Positions 35,224 to 48,504 of a stretch of 64,000 bases of DNA are shown here, piece after piece. This DNA is from Mobula hypostoma. Taxonomy: Eukaryota. The notes beneath the pieces are model-generated. The model worked only from the letters and a program-made list of their open reading frames with translations, did no database searches and was not told the origin of the DNA. How positions within the stretch are numbered: position 1 is the stretch's first letter; each line of letters opens with the position of its first letter. The stretch covers positions 107,386,001-107,450,000 of the forward strand of contig NC_086107.1 of the NCBI RefSeq assembly GCF_963921235.1, given 5' to 3'. Both the position numbers and the translations under genes were made by a program.

Positions 35224-38200
35224 TCACCATTTGGCTTCGGTCATTTCCTGGCAATGCAAGCTGCTGGCTTTTGTCTCTTCACTCAGCTCAGTGTGACCAT
35301 CGTATTTCGAACATTGGCAGGTCGTCCCAAAGCACCTTGCACTGAATGTGTTACTTCTGAAGCGTGATCTGTGTTTGCCGCACGGCATGGATTCCGGATT
35401 AAACGATGACTTGATTTTAAGACATCTGCACATCATTTGCCACAACCGGATTCCAATTCCCATTCCCATTCCGATGTGCCAATCCTCAGCCTCGTCTTGT
35501 GCCAAGATGAGGCCACCCTCAGGATGGAGGAGCAACACCTTATATTCCATCTTGCTACTCTCCAACCTGATGGTATGAATATCAATTTCTCCTTCTGGTG
35601 AACAAATTCCCCCACCCCCTCCTGTACTCCCCACTCTGACCTTTATCTTCCTCTCACCTGTATAAATCTTCCCCCTACGTCCCCTCCTCCTTCTTTTCCT
35701 CCTACTGTCCACTCTCTTCTCCTATCAGATTCTTTCCTGTCCAGCCCTTGACTTTTCCCACCCACCTGGCTTGACCTATCACCTTCCAGCTAGCCTCCTT
35801 CCTCTCCTACCACCTTCTTATTCTGGCATCTTCCCCCTTCCTTCTCCGCCCTGAAGAAGGGTCTTGCCCCAAAACGGTGATTGTTTACTCTTTTCCATGG
35901 ATCCGCCAGCGTTCCATGTGTGGTACTTTGGATTTCCAGTATCTGTAGACTTCAAAGTTCAAAGAAGTTCTAAGTTCATACACGTCACCACATATAACCT
36001 CGAGATTCTTTATCTGCAGGCATAGTTGGGAAATTTATAGAACAGTAACTGTAAACAGGATCGATGAACAACAAACTGTACAAATGTGATCAGAAATAAA
36101 TAGCAATAAATAACTTTCTTGTGTTCTTCATTTGAAATGCCCAGGGACTACACTATATGCGGGTCTGGCCAATGCCTTATAAAGCCTCAGCATTACAAGC
36201 TCCGTTTCAGGTCTTCAGACTCGTGTCCATCAAAGTTTAAAGTAAATTTATTATCTAAGTACATTACATCACCAAATACTACCCTGAGATTCATTTTCTT
36301 GCAGGCATTCACAGTGAGTACAAAGGAACTCAATAGAATCAATGAAAAAAAACTACACACAGAGATGGATGAACAACCGATGTGCAAAGACACAAATTGC
36401 GCAAATATAAAAAGAAAAACAAAATAATAATAATAAATAAATAGATGTGGAATTTGTTGCCACAGGTAGCTGTGGAGGCCAAGTCATTTGGTATTTTTAA
36501 GGCAGAGGTTGATAGATTCTTGATTAGTCAGGGCTTGAAGAGATACGGGGAGAAGGCCGGAGATTGGAGCTCAGAGAGAAATGGATCAGTCATGATGAAA
36601 TGGTGGAGCAGACTCGATGGGCCAAATGGCCTAATTTTGCTCCGGTATCTTATAGTTCTACAGTTAAGTAAAAATTGAGAACATGTGTTGTAGAGTTCTT
36701 GAAATTAAGTCCAAGTTGTGGAATCAGTTCAGCATTGAGATGAGTAAAGTTATCCCTGCTGGTTCAGGAGCCTGGTGGTTGAGGGGTAATAGCTATTCCT
36801 GAGCCTGATGGTGAGAGACCCAAATCTCTCCTGAAGGCAGCGGTGAGAAGGAAGCATGGCAGGAACTGGACGACGGTCTCCCCAGACACTTAATCGGGTC
36901 ATTCAACAGTCCCAGAGACAGAGGCGAAAGGAGGGAATGAGTGAAAGGCAACGTGAAGGAGAAAGGAATACGGAAGGGGGAAAGGACTGAGAGTGAAGCA
37001 GTGTTCACATAAACGAAGCACCATTGCTGTGTAGGATATATAGGAGTCATTTCGCACATAGAAAGATCCCAAAATTTGCAGTGTGATAATGAGGTGGATA
37101 TCTAATATAAGTCCAGTTATGGGAACAGTGTGCATTCTTTTAATAGGACCTCCGTCACGATTACTCTGAGCACTGCTGCTTCACATGATGGAGTCCTCAA
37201 CCCCCTGTTCCCATGACTGCCTGCCCAGATTCTGCTCTATCTCCACGTACAAGTTTACAGATGATACCACCGTAGTGGGTCGCATCTCAAATGACGATGG
37301 GTTGGAGTACAGGATAAGGAAAGAGAGCTGAGTGATATGGTGTCATGACAACAACCTCCCCCTCGTGGTCAGCAAAAGAGCTGGCCATTGACTTCAGTAA
37401 GGGGTCAGTGCACGTGTTTCTGTCTACATCAACAGTACTGACTTTGAGAGGTTGAGAGCGTCACGTTCCTAGGAGTGAAGATCACCAATGGCTTGTCCTG
37501 AACCAAACTGCATTGATATCATGGTCAAGGAAGCTCACCAATGTCTACTTTCTCAGGAGGTAAAGAAATTGGGCAAGTCCCTTTTGATTCTTACTAATTG
37601 CTATCAATGTTCCATAGAAAGCATTCTGTGTGGATGCCTAACAGCTTGGTATGGCAACTGCTCTGCACGTGATTGCAGGAAACTGCGGAGATTTGGACAT
37701 AACGTGGCTCAGTACATCACAGGAATTGGCCTCCCCTCTATTGACTCTGTCTGTACTTCTTGCTGCCTCAGTAAAGCAGCCAACATAATCAAAGACCCTA
37801 CTCACCTCAGCCATATTCTCTCTTCTCTCCTCTCCCATTGAACAGAAGATATCAGCAGGCTCATATTCCACTATCATCGTCTTGAATGGACCTTCTGTAC
37901 ACTAAGATGGACTCTTGCCCTTACAATCGACCCCATTATGATCTTGAACTTTATTGTTTACCTGCCTGCACTTTTTCAGTAACTTTCACACTTTATTCTG
38001 CATTGGTATTATTCTACCTTATTCTAGCTCAATGCAGATTTGATCCATGCAAACATTATGCAAGAGAGGCTTCTCACTGGATCTTGGTCAATGTCGTGCC
38101 TGCCGTATTTACGAGGGTGACCATGGTCTATCCATGACCGTGATTGCTCTTGGCGAATGTTTCTACAGAACTATTTGCCACTGCCTTCTACTGGGCATAT

Positions 38201-38639
38201 CTTTACAAGACAGGTGACCCCAGCTGTTATCAGTACTCTTCAGAGATTGTCTGCCTGGTGTCAGTGGTCGCATAACCAGGACCAGCTGCTCATATGACCC
38301 TCTGCCCCCTGCTCTCATGGCTTCACGTGACCCTGATCAGAGGGTCTAAACAGGTGCTACACCTTTCCCAAGGGAGACCTGCAGGCCAGCGAAGGGAAGG
38401 AGTACCTTACACCTCCTTTGGTAGAAACGTATCTCCAACCCGCCACGCGTGCTTCTTGGTACATGTGACGATAATGAACCACTATGTAAATCAAGAGGAG
38501 TTTATGTCCATTTGAGGGTACATTCAAAGTTCAAGGTAAATTTATATCAAAAGTATGCACTTGTCACCATATATTACCAAGAAAACGAATCCCAAGGTTG
38601 TATACATATAGTGACTTGTCAGGTAGCACATGGTAGTAT

Positions 38640-39180
38640 ACATTCAGAGTTCACTTTATTAGGTACCCTGTATCTATTAAAGAAGCAACTGGGTGTACCT
38701 CCTGGTCTTCTGCTGCTGCAGCCCGCCCACTTCAAGGTTTGATGTGTTGAGCATTCAGAGATACTCTTCTGCACACTGTATGTGTTTTTTTTTGAGTTAC
38801 TATCACGTTCCCATCAGTTTGAACCAGTCTGGCCATTCTCCTCTGAATCCTCTCATTAACAAAGTATTTCCACCCCACCGAACTCTCACTTACTTAATGT
38901 TTTTGTTTGTTTTCACACCATTCTCTGTAAGCTCTAGAAATCCCAGGTGTTTCTGAGATACTCAAACTACTCCATCTGGCACCAACAATCATTTCACAGT
39001 CAAAGTCACTTAGATCACATTTCTTCCCCATTCTGATGTTTGGTCTGAACAACAACTGAACCTCTTGACCATGTCTGCATGCTTTTATCCATTGAGTTGC
39101 TGGCATCTGATTGGTCAATTAGATATTTGCATTAATGAGAAGGTTTACAGGTGTACCTAACAAAGTCCCCACTGAGTCTA
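38640..39180 (-). mobile_element. Tc1-like derivative
   Basis: MGKKCDLSDFDCEMIVGARWSSLSISET; degenerate TIRs at both ends. Confidence 0.8.
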
Positions 39181-40973
39181 TACCAGGGGCTCAGTTGATC
39201 ATTTCATCTGAAAGATGGCATCTCCAGCATTGTAGCAATCCCCAGGTCAACCATTACTATGTCAACGTAGATCTTAGCTGCTGGAGTAAAACTTGAACCC
39301 TAAGTTTTAAGGTTGGGAATTGATGGACTGCCCTCACCAACCACATTTCAGGAGGAACTTGTTTGGCAGAAACCCTGAGGGACATCTTTAGGTTGAGAAA
39401 AGCACTACAAAAATGTAAGCCTTTCCTTTCTCTCGTCAATCACTGGGCCATTGAGAAAGCTCAGTTGGTTATTATCGTGAATGAATTGTCCAATTGATTT
39501 CATTTCCATAGTGGACATAGTTCACCAGACAGCTAGTCCTGGTCAATGAAGCAATATCTCATCAGAACGTGTTGAAGGAGCTAATTCCTTCCCTCCCAGC
39601 CCTGAAATATTACTTCTATTAGCAAGTGACTGCTACAGATGGAGCATAAAACCAGCAATAACACAAAAATATTCAGAACAAGGTCATCCCTTGGCACTGT
39701 TCAGCAGGAGGCTAAGGAGGGATATAGATAGGTTAAATGTGTGGGTAAATCTGGCAAATTGAGTATAATGTGATGAATGTGAATTTGTCCATTTTGGTAT
39801 AAAAATTAAGTAAGAGAAATTTAATCTAAACAGTGATTGATTGAAAGACTCCAAGGTAAAGATCTAAACACAAGAGATTCTGCAGATGCTGGAAATCCAG
39901 AGCCACACACACAACATGCTGGTGGAACTCAGCAGGCCAGGCGTCTATTAGGGGAATAAACAGTCGATGTTTTAGACCGAGATCCGTCACCGGGACTGAC
40001 CAAGTGCTGATCTAATTGCCCCAGCACAGGACTCCCAAGAGGCTTGAACGCGGGCACAATAATTGGGGAATCTAGCTTAATGGTATTATTTATTAGAAAA
40101 GGGCAGAGTACTCAAATAGAGAGGTTAATCTTCTTCAGTTAAATGGAGAATCAGTGAGACCACATATGGAGGACAGAGCACTGTGCACTGTACTGGATCT
40201 CCTTGTTTAGGGAAGGATCAAAATGCCTTCAAGGTAGTTTAGAGAAGAATTACAGGACTCGTACATGAAATAGGGTGTATTTTTTTTAATGAGGAAGGGT
40301 TGAATAAGCCCAGGCAAGAGATTCTGCAGATGCTGGAAATCTTGAGCAACAGACACAAAATGCCGGAGGAACTCAACGGGCAGCATCAAGGGAGGGGAAC
40401 GGAGGGTCCCAGACCCTTCATCAGAACTGGAAAGCTTCTGCCCCTTTTCTTTACAGCCTGAAACGTCAGTTGTTTATTCCCCTCCATCGATTCTGCCTGA
40501 CTTGCGGAGTTCCTCCAGCATTTTGTGTTTGTTGAATGAGCCAAGCTTGTTCCTGGTAAAGCTTAGCCAAGTGACAGGTAACTTGATTGAAAGACGGTAC
40601 ATGTGATCCTGAGGGATCATGACAGGGTGGAGGTGGAGAGGAAGTTGATATATTCCCGTGGGAATATCCAGTACGCAATGTTACTCTAAGGCAGCAATGA
40701 GGTAAAACTTGAAAGTGCAAGCAGAGTCTTCGAATATTTTTAACACAGAGGTAAACAGAATCTTGACAGGGAAAGGGTGTGAAACATTATTCTGGGGAGA
40801 TGAGATTGCAGAATTCAATTCAAATTTAATTGTCATTCAATACCCATGAATACAGGCAAACGAGGCACTGTTACTCCAGGGCCAAGGTGCAAAACACAGT
40901 ACCCACAGTCACACCTAGCAAAGGTAAAATATCAGTAAATTATAACCATGCAAATAAAAAGTCCGGATCCTGA

Positions 40974-41430
40974 GTCCATGAATGCCGTAGAACTCTGCAG
41001 TTGACCACAATACAGCCTGCCTTATGCCAGACGAATACTGGGGGCAGCACTGACTCCAGCCTGGATGCCGTGTCATATTGCCCCAGGTGGAGCACACTGG
41101 CTTCGATGTCTCTCTCCTGGCGGCGTAAACAGGCAACACCGCGGCTTGAGGACCCATGTCCGTGAATGCCACAGAAGTCCACGGTTGATCACAATACAGC
41201 TTGTCTTTTGTGGAGCAAACACAAGAGGGCAGCACTGATTCCAGCCTGGACAGTGTGCCATATCGCCCCCTGGTGGAGCACACCAGTCCTGACGAAGGGT
41301 CTCGGCCAGAAACGTCCACTGTACCTCTTCCTAGAGATGCTGCCTGGCCTGCTGCGTTCACCAGCAACTTTGATGTGTGTAGCTTCAACATCTCTCTCCT
41401 GGCGGCTGTAAACAGGTGACACGGCAGCAA
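40974..41430. repeat. Diverged ~185-bp tandem dimer; the second unit carries a hammerhead mini-element (41283-41380)
   Basis: tgaatgcc..cacaatacagc..gggcagcactga.tccagcctgga..ggtggagcacac occurs twice. Confidence 0.75.
41285..41320 (+). ncRNA. Minimal hammerhead motif; core intact, stems mutated
   Basis: AGUC-CUGACGA-AGGGUCUCGGCCA-GAAAC-GUC-CACU. Confidence 0.6.
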
Positions 41431-43040
41431 TACGACCTAGGCCACACAGCTTCCCTGACGTCCGCCAATAAATCAGTGAATCGGAATTGAGATTACAATC
41501 AGATAGTCATAATTCTATTGAATGGATAACAGGGGAGGAGTGGTCTAGTCCTGTTTCTCATCTGACTTAGCACAGGAGAATGTAAATATGTGGAATCTCT
41601 GCCCTCAAGTAATTGTGTAGAGTTGTGCAGGGGTTGCTAGCAGGGAATTCAACTTCTTTTCTCTTCAACTCTGCTCTCCGCCATTCCAGAGGCAGCATGG
41701 TAGCTTCACGCTTATTGTTCTGCTATCGTTTATCGTAGCGCCAGTAACCTGGGTTCAATTTCGCCGCTGTCTGGAGTGTGTTTATACATTCTACCCATAA
41801 CCATGTGGGATTTCCCCCCCCCCCGGGTGCCCCAGTTTGTTCACTTGTGGGCTGCCGCCAGCACAATCCCTGCTGATTTGCCTTGAAACAAAATTCACTG
41901 TATGTTGTCACATTTCACTGTATGTTTCGACGGTCAAAGTTCAAAGTACATTTACTATTGAAGTATGTGTGCAGTAGACACCATGAAATTTGTCTTCCCC
42001 ACATACAGATATTTTGATGTACACATGAAAAATAAAGCTAATCTTTCCTTTTTCTAGGGTCTTACACATTGCATAACTGCCTGGCATGTGTGCATTACAC
42101 AAAGGCCCTTCCTTTGCCATCTTCACCAATGTAGGACATGCATGCCCAATTGAATTAGTTATAAGTGGTGTCAAACCATGCGATTTGATGCTACACAGCG
42201 TGTCTGTTGACCTCCACACTTACACGTGTCACAACCATACGGAAAATGGCAACCTCAATGGCCCGCTCCTACTGATTTACTTACTGCCCGTTACATCGCT
42301 GGCGTTTAGGGCAGCAATGAAGGTCCTCCAACTCTGGAGGTGTTCAGGGCTTCCTTCATCGTGTCAGTAGCTTCCTCTCGGTTTTCACTACTGTCAGCCA
42401 TGCAAGTCCTGGGTGGAGACTCAGGAATACCGTCGCACTCAGATGTAGAAGGACTCTTCATTGCTGTTTCCGTAACAATTTTGTTTGACCAGTCAGGGTA
42501 GGTAGCCCCAAGCTGAACCTCCAAACCTGGAGGACCGGTGTTCCCTTTTTAGTCTGGCCTCTACCCTTTGACCTGTTTGACATGGTGACCCTACCAGGAG
42601 CCAAAGCATAAAGCCCTGACTCCAGCCAACACAGCTCTCCGGGTCATTGGCAGCCCACACAGCCTCAAAATAATCCCATCATGTGCAGAATAAATGCAGC
42701 AAGTGGCAGAATTTACAAATTTGCAACTGCTTATGTTGCAAAAGTAAAAGAGGAATATTTTGAAAGATATTTCGCTATTTTCGGTATTTTACTGTTTTTA
42801 TCGGAAAATCTACATTCTTTTTAAGGGCAGGGAGAGCCATTGGCAAAGAGAAGAGATCAGTTATTTTTAATGTGCTACTGGTGACTTGCTCTTTACCAGA
42901 GAAGAATATTGATGAGTCCATTTCCCAGTGATCTCAGGTATTATTGGCCAGGCTGAGTCAATGAATCACTTCCATGCTGCTCAGTTGCTGCTGGCTGGAA
43001 ACTAATGAGCAAAGCTACAGATCTACGTTTCTTATCCTTC

Positions 43041-43282
43041 TGAACTCCTCCGTGGACAAACCCCAGCCCGGCTGCAAAAGGAGGAGGACGGTTGCGCACG
43101 GGGCTGCCAAACCCAGAGCTACAGAAACGCCACTAGAAGCTCCAAACACCTCATCCCTGGCAGAGGAAGGGTCTGCGCCCAGGTGGGCTACACCTGGGGA
43201 CAACTTGAAAGACTGGCCCAGGACAGAGAATCTGGCAAGCTGGCGTTGGTGGCCTATACACTAATCGGGGTGAGGGGCTTAA
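43041..43282 (+). mobile_element. Bipartite RTE derivative with twister-like 5' remnant
   Basis: aactcctcc..ccccagcccgg..aaaaggaggagg..gttg head; 3' part GYTWGQLERLAQDR (RTE ORF C-terminus). Confidence 0.6.
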
Positions 43283-45504
43283 ACCACCCTCCCAACCATA
43301 AACAAGAGAAAATCTGCAGATGCTGTAAATCCAAGCAACACACCCAAAATACTGAGTTCCCTCATCTTCTTAGGAATGTCCCATAATTTTTGAATCCTCA
43401 TTACAAGTCTTAATTTTTTTTTAATAGCTGGAAGTACACAGATCCTCATTCTGAAATATCCATTTCCCTACGTAGATGCTGCCTGATCTGCTGAGTTCCT
43501 CCAGCTTTTTGCTTGTGGCTCTGGAAATGCACAACAGGTCAGGCAGTCTCTAAGGAGAGAGACACCGAGAGCTCATGCACCTGACTACCTAGAAGTTCCA
43601 TAGAGAACATGTTGTTTGTACGCTGATACATTCTGGACATCTGTACCTGCGTACTGCAGCATGTAGGTACAGAAGGAACATCTCTCCTCTCGCTCTTTAA
43701 AGTTGAGTTTACTGCCAGGTGCACAAATACCCTGAAGTTCTGGTACAATGAAAAACTTGCTTGCAGCAGCACCTTCAGCACGTAGATCCAGACAACAACG
43801 CAGAATATGACTTACCCAAGACAGGGAAGAAATGGACTGTGCAAAAGAGACATTAGTGCAAAAAAAAAACACACTCAGAGACAAGTCTATGGTAGTGCAA
43901 GGAATGGTGTATTGTGTTCTGTTGCTGGGGTTGGATCAGGGTGGTGCATGTTGCTTCCCTGAACTTTCCACAAAGTTCAGGCTTGCTCTATAATATACTA
44001 GCCCGGTAGTTGAATGCACTTCCTATCTGACCCCTCAGATTTAAGCCTGAGAGATAAAGACACAGCATGTGAGTTCCAGAGATGCCCCCTGCCTTGCTGA
44101 GCTCCTCCAGCATTTTGTATGTGTTGCTAAAGATAAAGACTACCTTTATTTGTCACATCTACATGGAAACATTAAAGCATTTAGTGAAATATAAAAGCAG
44201 CATTTTGTATCGAGGATTGTGCTGTGGGCACAGCTTCTGGCACCAACATCGCATGCCTATGACTTAATAACCCTAACCCATACATCTTCAGAATGGGTGA
44301 GGAAACTGGAGCACCCACTGGAAATCCACGTGGTCACAGGAAGGGTGTATAAACTCCTTACAAACTGGGGTGGGAATTGAAAACTGATCTTACAGCAGGC
44401 TCTGTAAAGTAATAAGCTAACTGCAAAGCTGCCGTGTGGTGCCACATCTGCCCCAGCTCATATCTCATTTGAATGGTAACCATTAAAAAGCTAAGTGATG
44501 ACATATTTTAATTCACTGTACAGTGCCTTAGCTCACAACAGTTTGATTAAATGCATTATTTTGTAATTCCTGATGTTTAAACATCAATTTTAATTGTTCT
44601 AAATGCTTCATATTATCATGCTGGGGGGGGGGGCGGTGGAGGTGGGATCCGAGCCTTGGTTGCTCTCTTGCAAGATCACAGTGGAAGTCTGGAAGTCACT
44701 GGGAGTTGTGTGGATGGGAATGGTCAACGTACCCAGGGAGTACAGCGATGGGCAAATGTGGGCATAGGTTGGGATCAGATGGTGAACGAAGTTCAAAGCA
44801 ACTTTATTATCAAAGTATGTATAGGTCACCATATATCACCCTGAGATTCATTTTCTTGTGGGCATTCACACAGTAGTACAAAGAAACGCAATACAATCAA
44901 TGATAAACTACACCCGGTACAGACTAAATCGAGAGGGTGAGGTCCAGGCACCAGAACGTATCGAGGCTATTGAACCCAATGTTTGGACGACGATTTAGGC
45001 ACTGGGCCAGATTGAAAAAGTTGTGGCTGGAGACAGGGGATAGGTCAGTTCAGCTCGCTGCTCCACGACGTTGGCCCAGCTCTGTACCGAACTACGGGTC
45101 TCAGACTCCCTTTGTGGACTTCAGTTCAGAACGCAATTTCCTTGCGGTTATTATTTGCATGATTTGTTTGTTACTCTCCCTGCCCACTGCGTGTTCGATG
45201 GTCTTTTTTTTAATTGGTTCTTTTGGGTTTCTTTGTTTCGTGGCTGCCTGTTAGGAGACAAATCTCATGGTTGTATAACATATACATACTTTGATCATAA
45301 ATGTACTTTGAACTTTGAACAAGCAAAGAGAAACACCAACGTGCATAAAAAGACAAACAGTGCAAATACAAAAACATATAACTATAAAAAGCAAATAAAT
45401 AAATAATAACAACAGGAATTCTGCAGATGCTGGAAATTCAAGCAACACACATCAAAGTTGCTGGTGAACGCAGCAGGCCAGGCAGCATCTATAGGAAGAG
45501 GCGC

Positions 45505-45540
45505 AGTCGACGTTTCAGGCCGAGACCCTTCGTCAGGACT
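45505..45540 (-). ncRNA. Minimal type-I hammerhead motif heading a ~130-bp insert (45410-45541)
   Basis: AGUC-CUGACGA-AGGGUCUCGGCCU-GAAAC-GUC-GACU. Confidence 0.75.
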
Positions 45541-45689
45541 CATAAATAATAAATAAATAATAAACTCATTAACACATAATTTCAAATTAATGACCTTCCA
45601 TCAACATCCGTTTTCAGTGCTGACACCGGGATGTTCTGGTTACATTACAGATTTTCAGTGTCCATGAACTTCTGTTCTTGCATGAGAGT

Positions 45690-45960
45690 TTATTAAAATG
45701 TCAATGTTGTCGTGTAGAAACAACTAATGTGCACACAGTGGGCTTCTGCATGCACGGTGTAATAAAGAATGAGAAACCCTGTCTTTGTTGATGTTTTTTT
45801 GAGGTATAGGAATTGGCCAGGGCATCAGGGAAAATTATCTCCTTTCTCCTGTGAATGACTGTCACAAGATCACCGACTGAGCTGTTGACGTCGCCTGTGA
45901 GAGACCACGGCTCTATCAGTGCAGCTCTCCCTCAGCTCTGGCATACACACTAACCTGGAT
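45690..45960 (-). mobile_element. Degenerate Deu-domain SINE (SacSINE1/AmnSINE-like); another remnant at ~39190-39310
   Basis: cagtgcagctctccctcag, attggccaggg and tgtgcacacag motifs in the order recalled for the Deu domain and its tail. Confidence 0.5.
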
Positions 45961-45961
45961 T

Positions 45962-47338
45962 ATACTCGGTGGCCACTTTATTCGGTACCTCCTGTTTAAG
46001 TTTCCTTATATTCTTGTACGTTCATGGTCTTCTGATGATATCGCCCATCCACTTCAAGGTCCGACACATTGCACATTCAGAGATGCTCTTCTGCACAGCA
46101 CTGCTGCAATGTGTAGATATTTGAGTTACAGTTCCCTTCCTATCAGCTTGAACCAGTCTGGCCATTCTCCTCATTAACGAGGTGTGTTCGCCCACAGAGC
46201 TACCACTCACTGGATTTTTTTTTGTTTTACAGTTCTCTGTAAACTCTAGACACTGGTGAGCGTGAAAATCCCAGGAGGTCTGCAGTTTCTAAAATATTCA
46301 AGCCACCCTGTCTAGCACCAATAATCATTCCACGATCAAAGTCACTTGGATCACATTTCTTCCCCATTCTGATGTTTGGTCTGAACAACAACTGAACCTC
46401 TTGACCATGTCTGCGTGCTTTTATGCACTGAGTTGCTGCCACGTGATTGGCTGATTACATACAATGGATTCTGGTTAATTGGGCCATCAGCTAATTGGAG
46501 CAGCCACTTATTTGGGTCAACACTTGAAGAACAAAAACTAATCAAAAAAATAGTCAGAATTCCCTTTGCTTATTTGGGACACACTGCCACTTAATTGGGA
46601 CAAGAGAATGTCAGCGACATTTCTAACTAGCATCAGTTGTTGGCACTTGTGTGGCGATTAGACACTACACTATCCGTACAACAAACAGTTTTTAAATAGT
46701 GTAAGTTGTTTATGTTTCTATTAGAAAAGCAGCGATTTTTGTGTCACTGATACTGTAGTTGACGAGAAAGAAAGAAAGAACTAATTTGCTCACTGTAGTT
46801 TCAAGCATTCAGGCATGGGGTTGCCAGAAATGGCTGGGAATGAAAATGAAATGATCTCACTACTTCAATAAGTTAGAAATTATGAAGAATTTGAAGATGT
46901 CAACAATCATCTTGAATGTTACAATGAAAATAAAGAATTGGATGATACAATCATCAAAACCATTCTATGAAGGTAGTCTGTTATCTGCACTTTCTGTCTG
47001 CACTGAATTTGTGCATTTACAGTCAATCAAAAGAACACATCAGCGTACACTAGACTAATTCCTACACCAATTACTATTAGGAATTAATACACAGTTTTAT
47101 AGTATCGGTAGAGTTCTAGTTTGCTCTGTACGTCAATTAAATATTTGATCTGTTACTCAGTTAAATGGTAATTTGTCTTTTTTATACCTTTTAAACTATT
47201 TCCATGAAACTTTGGCAGCTGCTTAATTGGGTCAGAATGTACTCATCCTGAGGTGTCCCAATTAACCGGAATCTACTGTATTTCTATTAATGTGCAAGTG
47301 TGTAGGTGTACATAATAAAGTGGCTGCTGAATGTATAT
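45962..47338 (-). mobile_element. Tc1-like derivative split by a pogo/Tigger element
   Basis: MGKKCDPSDFDRGMIIGARQGGLNILETADLLGFSRSPVSRVYRE..RRMARLVQADRK; TIRs at ~45963 and ~47337. Confidence 0.85.
46462..47278. mobile_element. pogo/Tigger-like non-autonomous DNA transposon
   Basis: TIRs CAATGGATTCTGGTTAATTGGG / CCCAATTAACCGGAATCTACTG; TA duplication 46460-46461/47279-47280; acidic remnant NYEEFEDVNNHLECYNENKELDD. Confidence 0.75.
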
Positions 47339-48504
47339 GCTCAAATCTCTCAGGTGGGACCAACCCCTGATCTTCTGACACACAGGGGAAAGGACTGCCT
47401 ACTCTGCCACAGCAGACTCAGTGCACAACCTTCCCTGATGTCTAACAGGAAGTGGGTAATGCATCACAGGAAGTTGAGGGGATGCCAATGTATGACTAGG
47501 GCAGATCTGATGGTTACTTCATGTCCATGATTTTCATGTGCTCACTACAGAATGTTTGTCTGACATTCATAGATTTATTATATAACGGGAGAACACAATG
47601 TTTGCCCATTGAACCTATGCCAGCTCTCCGCAGAGAAATCTTCTCCGTGACGTTTTCCTGTTCATCCACAAGTTCTCTTAAGTTTGTATCTGATTTTCTT
47701 TGTAAAGCATTGATAATTTCTGCTTCTCCCAGTGTGTAGGCGACATTCCAGGAGATTACCCCTTGCTGCTCAAAGGAAAAGGTTCTTCCTAACATCCTTT
47801 TCTCTCTTTTGCCCAAAACCTTAAATATGAACCACTGGTCATCCCATAAGACCATCAGACATAGAAGCAGAACTAGGCCATTCAGCATATTGAGACTGCT
47901 CTGCCACTTGATCATAGTTGCTTAATTTTCTCTCTCAACACCATTCTCCTGCCTTCTCCCTGTAACCCTCCAAGAGGACCACAACCTTGGGGTTTGGTCA
48001 ATGATCCGGAGAGCTATGTAGGCTGGAGTCAGGGCTTTATGCTTTGGCTCTTGGTGGGGTCACCAAACAGGTCAAAGGGTAGAGGCCAGGTTTGGATGTT
48101 CAGCTCAGGGCTAACAACCCCGTCTGGTCAAAACAAATTGTTACAGAAAGAGAAATGAAGAATCTTATATCTGTGTGTGATCGTATTTCTGAGTCTCCAT
48201 CCAGAAATTGCATGACTGACAGTAGTAAAAACTGAGAGGAAACTACTGGCATGATGAAGGAAGCCCTAAACACCACCAAAATCAAGAACTATACCTGGGG
48301 CACATAGAGAAGATGGCCAAGGACAGACAGGGATGGAGGACCTTTATTGCTACCCGAAATTCCAACAGCATAACAGGCAGTAACTGACTAACTAACTCCC
48401 TGTAACTTTTGATATTTTCTATAATCAAGAACCTATTATCTGCTGCTTTAAATATACCCAATCACATGACTAACTGTAATTCTGCCACCAACAATGGTAT
48501 CAAT

